The notes under the pieces: generated by a model | What the model saw: the letters and a program-made list of their open reading frames with translations, nothing else | Database searches by the model: none | What the model was told of the DNA's origin: nothing | Part shown: positions 1 to 11,072 of the stretch, piece after piece | Position numbering within the stretch: the stretch's first letter is position 1 | Layout of the letters: each line of letters opens with the position of its first letter | Source: Ureaplasma parvum serovar 3 str. ATCC 27815 | GTDB lineage: Bacteria; Bacillota_I; Bacilli_A; Mycoplasmatales; Mycoplasmoidaceae | Direction: 5' to 3' | DNA length: 32,000 bases | NCBI RefSeq assembly: GCF_000019345.1 | Contig: NC_010503.1 | Location: 300,001-332,000 of the forward strand | Made by a program: the position numbers and the translations under genes

Positions 1-597
1 ATTTTTTTTAACAATTGCCTTGGCATTTTTTACAACTGGTAAAGATTCTCCTGTTAAAATAGCTTCATCTACTTCAAGTGATGAGCTGTTCACTAATAAA
101 GCATCAGCTGGGACTTGATCACCAGCTTCTAAAATCAAAACATCACCCATTACAACTTGGTTAGAATTAATAATTCTAATTTGATTATTACGTAATACTT
201 TGACCTGATGAGACGCTAATTTAGACAATGCATCCGTATTTTTTTCAGCTTTCACTTCTTGAATGGTACCAAAAATTGCATTTAACAATAAAATAAAACA
301 TATTATTCCAAATTCTACATATTGAACAACTAATTCAGCTGTATCATGAGGAGGTTTAATAATCACTAAAGCTAAAGTAACAGCAGCAGCGATTACAAGT
401 AAAATAACCATAAAATCTAAAAACTGCTTTAAAAATTTTGTAATAATGTGGGATTTTTTTTTCTTTTTGATTTCATTAAAACCATAAATTTGACGACTTT
501 TTAAAACCTGCTCATCATTTAGACCTGTTGATGGATTTATATTTTCTGGATCAAATGACATAAAGGAGTCGGTTTGATTTTCATTATTTTTTTTCAC
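1..597 (-). CDS. Cation-transporting P-type ATPase, N-terminal part (truncated by window edge)
   Basis: Reverse-strand translation from GTG 597 gives ...STGLNDEQVLKSRQIYGFNEIKKKKK...LVIIKPP...FILLLNAIFGTIQEVKAEKNTDALSKLASHQVKVLRNNQ...VVMGDVLILEAGDQVPADALLVNSSSLEVDEAILTGESLPVVKN. It has the TGES actuator motif and a GGAGG-type RBS upstream. Confidence 0.9.
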   Translation of the reverse strand, partial: MKKNNENQTDSFMSFDPENINPSTGLNDEQVLKSRQIYGFNEIKKKKKSHIITKFLKQFLDFMVILLVIAAAVTLALVIIKPPHDTAELVVQYVEFGIICFILLLNAIFGTIQEVKAEKNTDALSKLASHQVKVLRNNQIRIINSNQVVMGDVLILEAGDQVPADALLVNSSSLEVDEAILTGESLPVVKNAKAIVKKN

Positions 598-747
598 TTA
601 AAACCTCCATTGGTTTTTAAATTAAACTATAAGAAAATTATTAAAATTTAACTTAGTCATTTATTATAATATATAACTGTATGACTAAATATTATATTTA
701 ATAATGTCAATTAAGTAAATAAAAAGTAATTTTTTTTAGGGGTAGTT

Positions 748-1077
748 ATGAATTTTTCAAGTTTTATATTTAAAGTTTCTGATGTTTTTAAATCAGTTAT
801 TCATGAAGCTTCAGATGTTGTTACTAAAGCAGATTTAGATAATGCTAATGCACATACACATTCATTAGCAGTTGGCTTAGGTATTGGAATTGTTTTATTT
901 TTAATCGCAGGACTTATTATCGGTTATTTTATTTCGATGAAAATTATGAAACGCCAATTGAAGAAGAATCCACCAATTTCAAAGGATACAATTCGTATGA
1001 TTTATCAACAAGTAGGACGTAAGCCAAGTGAGTCACAAATTAATGAGATTTATAATCGGGCAGTAAAACAAAAATAA
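748..1077 (+). CDS. YneF/UPF0154-family small membrane protein
   Basis: 109 aa. Single TM followed by MKRQLKKNPPISKDTIRMIYQQVGRKPSESQINEIYNRAVK, typical of the UPF0154 family. Confidence 0.8.
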   Translation: MNFSSFIFKVSDVFKSVIHEASDVVTKADLDNANAHTHSLAVGLGIGIVLFLIAGLIIGYFISMKIMKRQLKKNPPISKDTIRMIYQQVGRKPSESQINEIYNRAVKQK

Positions 1078-1081
1078 ATAT

Positions 1082-1708
1082 ATGGCAAAATTTATTAAAT
1101 CTGCACACTATTTTGACCAATATCCAATTGATAAGCAGTTTGAAATATGTGTAATTGGTAGATCAAATGTCGGTAAGTCAAGTTTAATTAATGCATTAGC
1201 AAATAAAAAAATTGCAAGGACTTCAAATACGCCTGGAAGAACACAGTTAGTAAATTTTTTTGATTTCAATAATTTTAGATTGGTTGATTTACCGGGATAT
1301 GGGTTTGCAAAAGTTAGTAAAGAAAAACAAACGGATTTAGCAGCCATTATTGATCAATATTTAGGGTATCGCCAAAACTTGTGTGCTGTTTTTCAAATTT
1401 GCGATATTAACGTATTAACAAATGATGATGTAGAAATGAGTCGATATTTTGAGAATCAAAAATACGCTCATTTTGTTGTTTTAAATAAATTAGATAAAGT
1501 TAATAAATCATATTTTAATAATAACAAGCATAAAATAGCTAAATTTTTAAATATTAGCACCGATCGTTTATTATGTGTTTCTGCACAAAATAATATAAAT
1601 ATTATCACATTATTTGCGTTAATGAAAAAAGTTGTAATCCAAGCAAAACAAGAAAAAATACTTTCAAAAAAAGAGGAGAAGATGAGTAGTGAAGAAGAAA
1701 TTAAGTAA
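1082..1708 (+). CDS. engB: Ribosome biogenesis GTP-binding protein EngB/YsxC
   Basis: GRSNVGKSSLINAL (G1), TSNTPGRTQ (G2), DLPGYGFAKV (G3), NKLDK (G4). Confidence 0.93.
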   Translation: MAKFIKSAHYFDQYPIDKQFEICVIGRSNVGKSSLINALANKKIARTSNTPGRTQLVNFFDFNNFRLVDLPGYGFAKVSKEKQTDLAAIIDQYLGYRQNLCAVFQICDINVLTNDDVEMSRYFENQKYAHFVVLNKLDKVNKSYFNNNKHKIAKFLNISTDRLLCVSAQNNINIITLFALMKKVVIQAKQEKILSKKEEKMSSEEEIK

Positions 1709-4313
1709 GAAGTATTCATTCAAAGAGGTTGAAGCTAATAAATTATTGTTTTGACAAGAAAATAATTTATTTAAAGCTCAAATAAATAGTACAAAAAAAC
1801 CTTTCACAATTGTTTTGCCCCCTCCTAATGTTACAGGTCATTTACATATTGGACATGCCTATGATTTTACCTTATCTGATATTTTAATGCGTTATAAGAA
1901 ACTAAAAGGATATGATTCCTTTATTATTCCTGGGACAGACCATGCAGGGATCGCAACACAGACAAAATTTGAAAAAAATTTAAAAGTAAACGCACAAACC
2001 AATCGTTTCAATTTAGGGCGAGAACTGTTTTTAGAAAAGTTAAAAATTTGAAAAGATGAACAAATTAATTATATTCATAAACAATGAAATGCTTTAGGTT
2101 TGGGTTTAGATTATAGTAATTATTTATTTACATTAGATCCAATAGTTGTTCAAACAGTGCGCGAAGTTTTTGTAAAAATGTTTAATGAACATATTATTTA
2201 TCGTGATAAAAAATTAGTTAATTGAGATATTCAATTAAAAACGGCAATTAGTAATATTGAAGTGATTCATAAAGAAGTTGAACAAAAACTGTATTATATA
2301 AAATATTTAAGTCAAGATCAAAAGGATTTTGTTGTTGTAGCCACTTCACGCCCTGAAACTATGTTTGGTGATAAATATTTAGTTATAAATCCTAAAGATA
2401 AACGTTATTTTCATTTACATAATAAAATTTTTATTAATCCAATTAATAATATAGAAATGACTGTTATTTTGGATGATTATATTGATATTGAATTTGGAAC
2501 AGGAGTGATGAAGTGTACGCCTGCTCACGATTTTAATGACTATGAATTAGCTAAAAAACATAATTTAGAAATTATTAATATTATGAACGCTGATGGTACT
2601 TTAAATGAAAAATGTGGGGAATTTAAGGGTTTAGATCGATTAGAAGCTCGTTCTTTAATAATTGATAAATTACAGAAAAATAATCATTTATTAAAAGTAG
2701 AATCTTATCGAACCAGCGTTGGTTTTAGTGAGAGAACTAATGAAATTGTTGAACCTTATTTATCACATCAATGATTTATTAAAATGGATAGTTTAATAAA
2801 AGATACAATCAAAATGCAAGATGATTGTAATAATAAAGTAGATTTTTATCCAAATCGTTTTAATAAGACTTTACTTACATGATTAAAAAATACAGAAGAT
2901 TGATGTATTTCAAGGCAATTATGATGAGGTCATCAGATACCTGTTTGATATCATAAAAAAACTAATCAAATTTATTGTGACACTATTCCCCCAAAGGATT
3001 TAGAAAATTGAATTCAGGATGAAGATGTTTTAGATACTTGGTTTTCAAGTGGAATGTGACCTTTATTAACGACAAAATGAAATTATAATAGTCATTTTTT
3101 TGACCGTTATTTCCCTACATCTTTAATAGTTACAGGTATGGATATTTTATTTTTTTGAGTCTCAAGAATGATGAACTTTAGCCAATATTTGGTTGAAAAA
3201 AAACCTTTTAAGGATGTTTTAATTCATGGTTTAATTCGTGATTCACAGGGACGTAAGATGTCAAAATCATTAGGGAATGGTATTGATCCTTTTGACATTA
3301 TTGATAAATATGGATTAGATGCTATGCGTTTATTTTTTGCATCATGTACAACAATTGGTGAAGATTTAAATTTTTCAACAGAACGATTAGGCGCTAATTG
3401 AAATTATTTAAATAAAATTTGAAATATTGCTAAATATATTGAAAATTTAGATGAAATTAACGATAATCTTAATTTTGAAGATGTTGATAAATTTTGTGAC
3501 GTCAATAAATGAATATTGACTGAATTATCAAAATTAACCTTGGAAATTAATAAAAATATGGATAAATATAATCTAGTTGTTGCTACAAAATATTTATATG
3601 ATTTTATCTGAAATACTTTTGCGAGTTATTATTTAGAGTACACAAAAGTTTTATTACAAGATTTAACATTAAAAAATGAAACAATTAAAACAATTCGCTA
3701 TGTATTTAATAAAATTTTAATCATGCTACAGCCTTTTGCTCCTAATATTAGCGAAGAAATTTGATTATGTTTAAATCAAACAAATAATTCAATATTATTA
3801 CAAGAATATCCAATAATTAATTTTGAGTTTGAAACAATAATTATAGATAAGATTGCGAAAATTATTTTAGAAATTAGAAAGCTACGATTAGAAGAAAATA
3901 TTAATAATAGAATCAATCTTTGTTTTGAATTAATATCACCCAATGATGCATTTTATAAATCAAAGATAAAATTAGTTAATTTGTTATTAATCTTAGTTAA
4001 TGCTGAAATAAATGAAATTAAAAAAACAAGTTCTAATAATTATACTTATGAGCTAGTTATTGATGATTTTATTCTTAAAACTTCGTATGAAAAACCGATT
4101 GATTATGTTTTTCAAATGAAAAAAGCTAGTGAACAGTTAAACTATTTGGAAAACGAAATTCAACGAGCAACTAATTTATTAAATAATTCAGGTTTTATCA
4201 ACAAAGCCCCTGCTCAATTAATAATTAAAGAAAAAAATAAATTAATTAATTTAAAAAAAGAACACGCAAATTTATTAAAAACTCTTACTGACTTAAAACA
4301 AAAGGTGAAATAA
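1689..4313 (+). CDS. valS: Valyl-tRNA synthetase
   Basis: Continuous frame from GTG 1689 to TAA 4313 when TGA is read as Trp. Contains [14 protein letters not shown], editing-domain [20 protein letters not shown] and [14 protein letters not shown] agaggag lies upstream. Start codon is tentative. Confidence 0.95.
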
Positions 4314-4317
4314 TGTT

Positions 4318-4836
4318 ATGTTAAATATTGTTTTATTTGAACCAGAAATTATTTTAAACACTGGTAATATCGCTCGTATGTGTGTAGGTTTTGATGCAAA
4401 TTTACATCTTGTTAGACCATATGGATTTATTTTAGATAAAAAACGTTTTCACAAAGATTTTATACGTGCCTCAACCAATCATTTAAATGCCTTAAAATTA
4501 TATGAATATGATGATTTTAATGAATTTATTAATAAAAACAACATTAGTGGTGATGAAATATATTTTTTTACTAGATATGGTACTAAAACTCCGTGCGATT
4601 ATCAATATCAAAATATAATTCAACATAATGTATATTTAGTTTTTGGTAAAGAATCAACAGGGATAGATCATAATATTTTAAAAAAATATCCTCATAATTG
4701 GATCCGTATTCCTACAAGCATTAATTTGAGAAGTTTAAATATTGCTAATAGTGTTGCTATGGGAATCTATGAAGTAGTGCGGCAAAATAATTTTAAAGAT
4801 TTATTCAAATATGAACCTCATAAGAAATTTGAGTAA
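4318..4836 (+). CDS. trmL: tRNA (cytidine(34)-2'-O)-methyltransferase (SPOUT family)
   Basis: MLNIVLFEPEIILNTGNIAR, VFGKESTGID and RIPTSINLRSLNIANSVAMGIYEVVRQ motifs. Confidence 0.88.
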   Translation: MLNIVLFEPEIILNTGNIARMCVGFDANLHLVRPYGFILDKKRFHKDFIRASTNHLNALKLYEYDDFNEFINKNNISGDEIYFFTRYGTKTPCDYQYQNIIQHNVYLVFGKESTGIDHNILKKYPHNWIRIPTSINLRSLNIANSVAMGIYEVVRQNNFKDLFKYEPHKKFE

Positions 4837-4841
4837 TTTTT

Positions 4842-5516
4842 ATGCGTTTACGAAATAATGCCAATGCTCCACTTTATTTAAAATCACAACACGAATATAT
4901 AATTAATGATCCACACCTTTTAAAAGATAATTTAGGAAAAATTTTTAAAAATCCTGAATTGCCTCTTTATATTGAAATTGGAATGGGTAAGGGTGATTTT
5001 ATTATTGAAAATGCCTTACGAAACCAACAAATTAATTATTTAGGTATTGAAAAATTTCCAACAGTAATTGTTAAAGCTCACAAAAAAGCTTTAAAACATA
5101 AATTAGATAATTTAGCAATGATTTGTTTTGACGCAAATAAAATTTTAGAATTATTAAATTCTGAAAGTGTAGATAAAATTTATTTAAATTTTTCTGACCC
5201 CTGACCTAAAAAACGTCATGCAAAAAAACGACTGACACATCCGTGTTTTTTAGAGAAGTTTGCAGTTATTTTAAAACAAAATGCTCTTGTTGAATTTAAA
5301 ACAGATAATGAAAATTTATTTATGTATACTATTTATGATGTATTGCTAAAGGATTTAACAAAGTATGAAATTTTATTTTTAACTTATAATTTATACACAC
5401 TTGTTAACAATGTTGAATTATTAAAAAATATTCCTACCGAATATGAAAAAAAATTTGTTATGCAGGGCGAGCGTATTAAAAAAGTCAATTTTCGTTTTCT
5501 TAAAAATAATCAATAA
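4842..5516 (+). CDS. trmB: tRNA (guanine-N7-)-methyltransferase
   Basis: [56 protein letters not shown]. Reads through TGA (Trp) at about 5202. Confidence 0.9.
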
Positions 5517-5552
5517 AAAGATAACTATAATGTTATAATTATATGGTTATAT

Positions 5553-5632
5553 GGCGGTTATGGTGAAGTTGGTTAACACGCCTGATTGTGGCTCAGGTAT
5601 TTTCGCGGGTTCGAGTCCCGTTAATCGCCCCA
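5553..5632 (+). tRNA. tRNA-His (anticodon GTG), CCA encoded
   Basis: Cloverleaf foldable by eye: G-1 opposite C73; acceptor GCGGTTA/TAATCGC; anticodon arm CCTGA-TTGTGGC-TCAGG; T arm GCGGG-TTCGAGT-CCCGT; 3' CCA at 5630-5632. Confidence 0.95.
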
Positions 5633-5641
5633 TTAAAATTA

Positions 5642-5679
5642 AAAAAACTTAATGTTATAAAAAAACATTAAGTTTTTTC
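5642..5679 (+). terminator. Rho-independent terminator after tRNA-His
   Basis: Inverted repeat aaaaacttaatgtt ... aacattaagttttttt ending in a T tract. Confidence 0.75.
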
Positions 5680-5763
5680 TTTGTATAAATAATAAAGATT
5701 TAAAAAGTTAATAATTTAGTAAAATTTTATATATCTTATCTTAATTATTTATAATTTATTATT

Positions 5764-6435
5764 ATGATCAATAAAAACAAAAAATTTCATTTTCAGTATT
5801 TTAAAAAAGATAACGATCAATCAATTTCTACTAAAGAAACATTAAAAAGATATTTTAATTTTAGGTCTCAAAGTGTAAAATTGATTATTTTTAATTTAGT
5901 TTTAACAGCATTTTTTCTTGCATTATTTTTAATTGGTCGTTTTTTAACTAAAAATTTAGATTTTTTAAATGGTTTTAGTTGACAATTGCAAATGGGAATT
6001 TTTGTTTTAGCAATCGTTTGTATTCCCAATTTTTATTATAAATTAATGTATTATATTATTGCGCCGTTAGTGATGTTAGCAATTGGTTTTAGTGCTGAGC
6101 CCTTCTTTGGATATTTAATGCCACATTATGGTTTTGGTTTAATTTTATTTACGGATGTCATTTTAATTATTGTTAAAAAGTCATGTCAGTCAATTAAAAA
6201 GCAAATATTTTTATCCTATTTATTAATTTTTAGCTTTTCAATCATTGGTTATTTTATTGTTTGAATGGGCTATAGTATTCAAGGAACACTTTTTTACAAT
6301 ACTGCTTTTATTCCTTCTATGATTTATAATTCTTTGGTAACTTTTGGTTCAATGGCAATTAATTTTGTATTATATATAATTTCAATTCCCGCTATTGTTG
6401 CCTTAAAAAACAAATATTTATGTAAATTAGTTTAA
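5764..6435 (+). CDS. Polytopic membrane protein, possible ECF transporter S component (ThiT/YuaJ-like)
   Basis: 223 aa with about 6 hydrophobic segments; joins ORFs 5764-5982 and 5986-6264 through TGA=Trp. Segments such as PFFGYLMPHYGFGLILFTDVI and IPSMIYNSL loosely recall thiamine S components. Confidence 0.45.
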
Positions 6436-6488
6436 AATTATAAAAATAATTTTTTACATTATTATTTATTTATAGACAGGAGATGTTT

Positions 6489-7856
6489 ATGTTTGATCAA
6501 ATCTTTAAAAAAAGGAAACGTCATTTAAACTTTCAAATTTTTATTTTCTTTTTTGTTTTAATATTAATTACTTTTTTGATTTTATGAATTATTTCAGGTA
6601 ATGTTCAAACAATTATTGATTTTATTAAAAAAAAGATTTATGATGCTAGTCCACAATTAAAATATTTAACAAATATTCAGATCAAACCTTTTAAAAATTT
6701 AGAAGAAATTTTTGATTTTATTATTAAAAATAAGAATTTGATTAAAGATTTACAAAACGAACCTGAAATTTTAGATGTTATTAAAAACAATCCACAGATC
6801 TTAAAAACACTTAATGATAACCGCGAATTTTTAAAACAAATTGTTGAATATAAGCCATTTGCTGAAATTCTTAGCAAGCAACCTGAAATTTTAAAATTTG
6901 TTCAAAATAATAAAGAATTAATTAAACAGATACAAAATTTACCTGAATTATTAGATTTAATTAAAAAACACCAAAATTTAATTGATCACTTAAAAACTAA
7001 CGAAAAATATATAGAAGTTATTAAAGCTAATCCTCAAATGTTAAAAGATCTCTATCATGTAGATGATAATTTATTTAATATTATAAAGACAAGCTTAGAA
7101 AATGATAAAGAAAATAATATTTTAATGTTGGCTATTAAATATTCAGTATTAATTAATAATTTTACTAAGAATTTAACTTTACAAGAATGAAAGCAAATAA
7201 TAGAATTTTATAAAACAGTTGATTTAAATAAATTTATAGTTGATGATAATTTGTTTAATATTATTAAAAATAATAATCAATTATTTGAAGTTTTTTTAAA
7301 TAATTATGACTACATAAAAAATCTTGAGGACAATCAAAAAATTATTGATATTATTCAACAAAATCCTGATTTAATTGATGATTTTAAAAAGATTGATTTT
7401 GATCTTTTAACACAAAAAAGGAATTTTGTTCGTGCACTAATTAAAATAATTGATTATAAACAACCCAAAGAAATTCAATTCCTTAACAAAAAAGTTTTTT
7501 TAGATTTCTTTAAAAATAAATCTGAAATTACCAATGCTTTAAACATCACATCTTTAATTGGATTTGTATTGTTTATAGTAATTTATACAATTTTTATTTT
7601 TGCATCTTTTATTTCTCATATTCTAATGTTAAAACAAATTAAAGATTTTAATAAAATTTTTAAAGAAGCTAAATTAAAAAAAATATATCTTATAAGCACT
7701 TTATTATTACAATTTTTATTTTTAATTTTATTCATTATTAATTTTATAGTATTAATTATTCTAGTTGTAGATTATAATAAATTGAAAGCAATAGTTTTAA
7801 ATAGTGGTATAAAAAGAAAAGTGGAGGATAGTGATGCAAGATTGCATTTTTTGTAA
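6489..7856 (+). CDS. Membrane-anchored protein with decapeptide repeats (unknown function)
   Basis: Joins ORFs 6738-7190 and 7251-7856 through TGA=Trp. N-terminal TM, two blocks of 10-residue repeats, then two C-terminal TMs. ATG 6489 preferred over ATG 6483 because ggag lies at 6478-6482. Confidence 0.8.
6693..7052 (+). repeat. 12 consecutive degenerate 10-residue (30-nt) coding repeats
   Basis: KNLEEIFDFI/IKNKNLIKDL/QNEPEILDVI/KNNPQILKTL/NDNREFLKQI/VEYKPFAEIL/SKQPEILKFV/QNNKELIKQI/QNLPELLDLI/KKHQNLIDHL/KTNEKYIEVI/KANPQMLKDL. Confidence 0.85.
7236..7385 (+). repeat. Second block of 5 decapeptide repeats in the same protein
   Basis: IVDDNLFNII/KNNNQLFEVF/LNNYDYIKNL/EDNQKIIDII/QQNPDLIDDF. 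Confidence 0.75.
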
Positions 7857-8292
7857 AATTTTAAAAGGTGAAATTATTTCAAAAATAATAGATGAAAACG
7901 AATTTGCTATAGCAATTTTAGACATTCAACCTGCAAGTGATGGTCATATGTTGATTATTCCTAAAAAACATTATCGCAATTTTTCACTAACTGATCCTAT
8001 TTATCTAGATGGTATGATGCGTTTAGCAAAAAATATGACATTTGTTTTAGAAGAAGTTTTTCCTAATGTTTTAGGTTTTAATTATTTAATGAATTCAAAT
8101 TCTAGTGCTGGTCAAGTAATCATGCACACACATTTACACATCATTCCAAAACAAAGTAATGGACGTGGTTTTGTTTTTAAAGCAATCAAAGAAGAAGGCG
8201 ATATTAGTAATATTGATGAAATTTATAAAAAAATCATTATTAAAACACAAAAATTAAAAAAATCACGTTTAAGTAAGCATTATATGGTTTAA
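7834..8292 (+). CDS. HIT family protein
   Basis: DCIFCKILKGEI near the N terminus and histidine triad HTHLHIIP. Overlaps the preceding CDS; ggagg upstream. Confidence 0.9.
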   Translation: MQDCIFCKILKGEIISKIIDENEFAIAILDIQPASDGHMLIIPKKHYRNFSLTDPIYLDGMMRLAKNMTFVLEEVFPNVLGFNYLMNSNSSAGQVIMHTHLHIIPKQSNGRGFVFKAIKEEGDISNIDEIYKKIIIKTQKLKKSRLSKHYMV

Positions 8293-8301
8293 TCAAAAAA
8301 T

Positions 8302-9057
8302 ATGGAACAAATTAGAAATTTAATTGATTTACAAATCAAACTAAAACCAATCCAAAAAGCATTTTATGATGCGTGATCAAAAACATTTATTAATGGAATT
8401 GATAATAATAAAGAAACTCATGAACAAAACAAAAAAATTATTTTAGAAATTTATATGATTTTAAAAGTTTTTTTAAACAAAAACCGAGATATTATTTCTA
8501 AAATTCCATTAAATCAAGTTAAAAAAATAGCTAATGACATTTTAGAAAAAGAAATTATTTTAGAACAGCCTTTAGTTGATTATTATTACCAAAGTTCATC
8601 TTGTTTTATTTTAATACCTTATTTGATTCAAATTCTTTATCAATCTTATCACCTTAATAAACCAATTTATAAAATAATGTGTAAATTTATTATTAGAAAT
8701 AATTTAGCATTATTTAAAGAATGAGATTTAATTGAACGTCAAACATTGGAAATTATTAAATTAAAAACAAATTTAATTGAAGATAACAATAAGGCAATCA
8801 ATTTATTTAGTTGTGAACAACGAGAATTACAACACAATCGTTTTGTAAAATTATTTAATAATTTTATTTTAGTGTATTGAACTAAACGAGAAGTTAAATA
8901 CATAGAGGCAATTCGTTTTTTGATGTATTTTATTTGAATTCCTATCATTTTTATTGTTTTATTAATTTTGATTTTAGGTTTATATTTTGGTTTAAGTAAT
9001 AGTGAATCCTTAAAAAGTTCAACACAATTCTTACTAGATTTGTTTATTATTAATTAA
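8302..9057 (+). CDS. Hypothetical protein, Asn/Lys/Ile-rich, one C-terminal TM
   Basis: 251-codon frame open with TGA=Trp (ORF 8455-8724 is a fragment). C terminus RFLMYFIWIPIIFIVLLILILGLYFGLSNSESLKSS. Confidence 0.65.
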
Positions 9058-10118
9058 AATATATCTAAAATAGTTAAATTTAGTAAATTTAAATCATCAA
9101 TAAGAAGATGATTTTTTTTATTAATACTAACGTGTTTCAATTGATTTTTAAAATATGAATAAGCTTCATAATTAATTTTTTTATTTAGATTTAATCCATC
9201 TTTTAACCTTAAACCCATCATTAAAATTTGTTGATATAATTCGTGTTTTGTTAATACTTTTTTAATTAATATAGGGTTTTTTATAGATCCATCAAAAAAA
9301 TATACAATATTTTTTTCATAGCCATGTGCTCCCCATCCTATTGCGGCCCAGTCTTCAGTTCGTCAATAAGCTAAGTTATGTTTTGCAATATATCTGAAGT
9401 TATTTGTTCAATTACATACTTCATAACGATGAAAATTTAATCCTGCAAATTTATTAATTATATAATTCATTTGTTCAATTTCTTTTTCTTCATCGATAGT
9501 AATATGGTACTTTTTTAAAAGTGACTGTTCTTTAATTTCTAAACTATAAAAACTAACATGATTAATTTTATGATTTAAAATAAAATTAAAAACATCATCT
9601 AAGTCTTTTAATGTTAAGATTGATATGCAAAATAAAAAATCACAAGACACATTATACAATCCGTTTTTATGTAATAAATTAATCGCTTTTTTACTATCTT
9701 GATTTGTATGAATAAAATTCATTTGTTTTAACACATCATTATTCATTGATTGAACGTTAAGACTAATGCGATTAATTTTGTATTTTTTGAAGAGATTAAT
9801 TTGAGTTTGATTTATTAATTCAGGATTACATTCAATGGTATATTCGCAATTATCATCAACATAAGGAGAAATTGTTTTTAATAAAATTTCTAATTCTTGA
9901 TTGTTTAAACAATTTGGAACACCTCCGCCTAAGTAGATTGTTTTAAATTGCTTTATTTTAAAATTATTAATGTGCATTTTAATATTTTCTAAAAAATTCT
10001 TAAAAAATTTTTTTGTTTGAGGAGTTTTTAAAATACGTTTAAAATCAGAAAATATACAAATATAGTTACAAAATGGAATATGAATGTATAAATGTTTAGT
10101 TTTTTTGTTAAAAATCAT
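9054..10118 (-). CDS. HemW-like radical SAM protein with degenerate Fe-S motif
   Basis: YIHIPFCNYICIFSDF, YLGGGVPNCL, NRISLNVQS, and KHNLAYWRTEDWAAIGWGAHGYE across TGA=Trp. The HemW framework is recognisable, but the third Cys is Ser. Confidence 0.8.
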
Positions 10119-10132
10119 AAAATAGAGATTAA

Positions 10133-10345
10133 TTATGCACTTAATAATCTAAATAATTCAGTAATAACAAAAACTAATAAAACAATTGCTCCGCAAGTTA
10201 ATATTATTAGAAAAATCGATAAAATAACGCGTTTTTTAAAGTCCATTTTTTTATGTTTTTTTGAATAAATTTGATGCTGATCAAAATCGCTTAAAACGAC
10301 AGTTTTGGTAACACGGTCTTTTGGGTTAAATGCTTTTGTACTCAT
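10133..10345 (-). CDS. Small single-TM hypothetical protein
   Basis: 70 aa, charged N terminus then VILSIFLIILTCGAIVLLVFVITELF; agagga RBS upstream. Confidence 0.6.
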   Translation of the reverse strand: MSTKAFNPKDRVTKTVVLSDFDQHQIYSKKHKKMDFKKRVILSIFLIILTCGAIVLLVFVITELFRLLSA

Positions 10346-10524
10346 TTTAAAAATCCTCTTGATTGCTGAATTATATAAAAAAATAGTTAAACGTAAAACT
10401 TATTTAGTCAGCTTGATAATAAAATATCAAACTTGTTATAATTAATAATTATATTATTACTTATCATAAATAAAAATAATTTATTTATATTCTAGGTATC
10501 TTGGAGGATTTAAAAGTTAGAATT

Positions 10525-11070
10525 ATGGGATTAAAAAAAGAAAAAAAAGATCGTTCAACGATTCAATTATTATTTGGAACAATTAAAAAACGCAAAATTG
10601 CGAACTATTTAATTATTGCTTTTGCCTTTTTAACATTTGCCTTAGCAATTATAGGAAGTTTTGAAGCTATTGCATCAAAATATGCTATTGGCATTGGATC
10701 AGGGCTTTCATTATTTATTACGATTGCTTTTAGTGTTTGACGAATTTTAATGATTCATTTAGAAAAAGAATGAAATAAAAGTGAAATTATTTGACAATCC
10801 GTTATGGGCGCAATTTTAGTATTATCAATTATTTTTTGAATATGAGCAACAACTACAACAACTATACAATATTCATCACTAAAAGAACATCTTTTATTGT
10901 TAAAACAACAAGATTCACGCGCTAATTTTGTTGTTTTAACACAAGCAACAGTGGATGAATTTGGAGTTGCTTTAAAAGGCGGGTTATGAGCTTGAGTTAT
11001 TACAAGTTGTATTTATATTTTTATCAATACTTTTAATAATATGTTTATGAAAGAAAAAAATTCAAAATAA
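10525..11070 (+). CDS. Hypothetical membrane protein with about 4 TMs
   Basis: 181 aa when TGA=Trp. Start uncertain: ORF track uses TTG 10501, the first ATG in frame is 10525, and ggagg is at 10503. Confidence 0.6.
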
Positions 11071-11072
11071 TT

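Noticed and set aside
598-747. AT-rich palindromic sequence between the divergent ATPase and yneF-like genes as a special regulatory element
   Set aside because: Likely ordinary divergent promoters in a very AT-rich genome; no distinctive operator or riboswitch structure that I can support.
1108-1719. Minus-strand ORFs 1108-1347 and 1468-1719 antisense to engB
   Set aside because: Shadow ORFs of a conserved GTPase gene with no family features.
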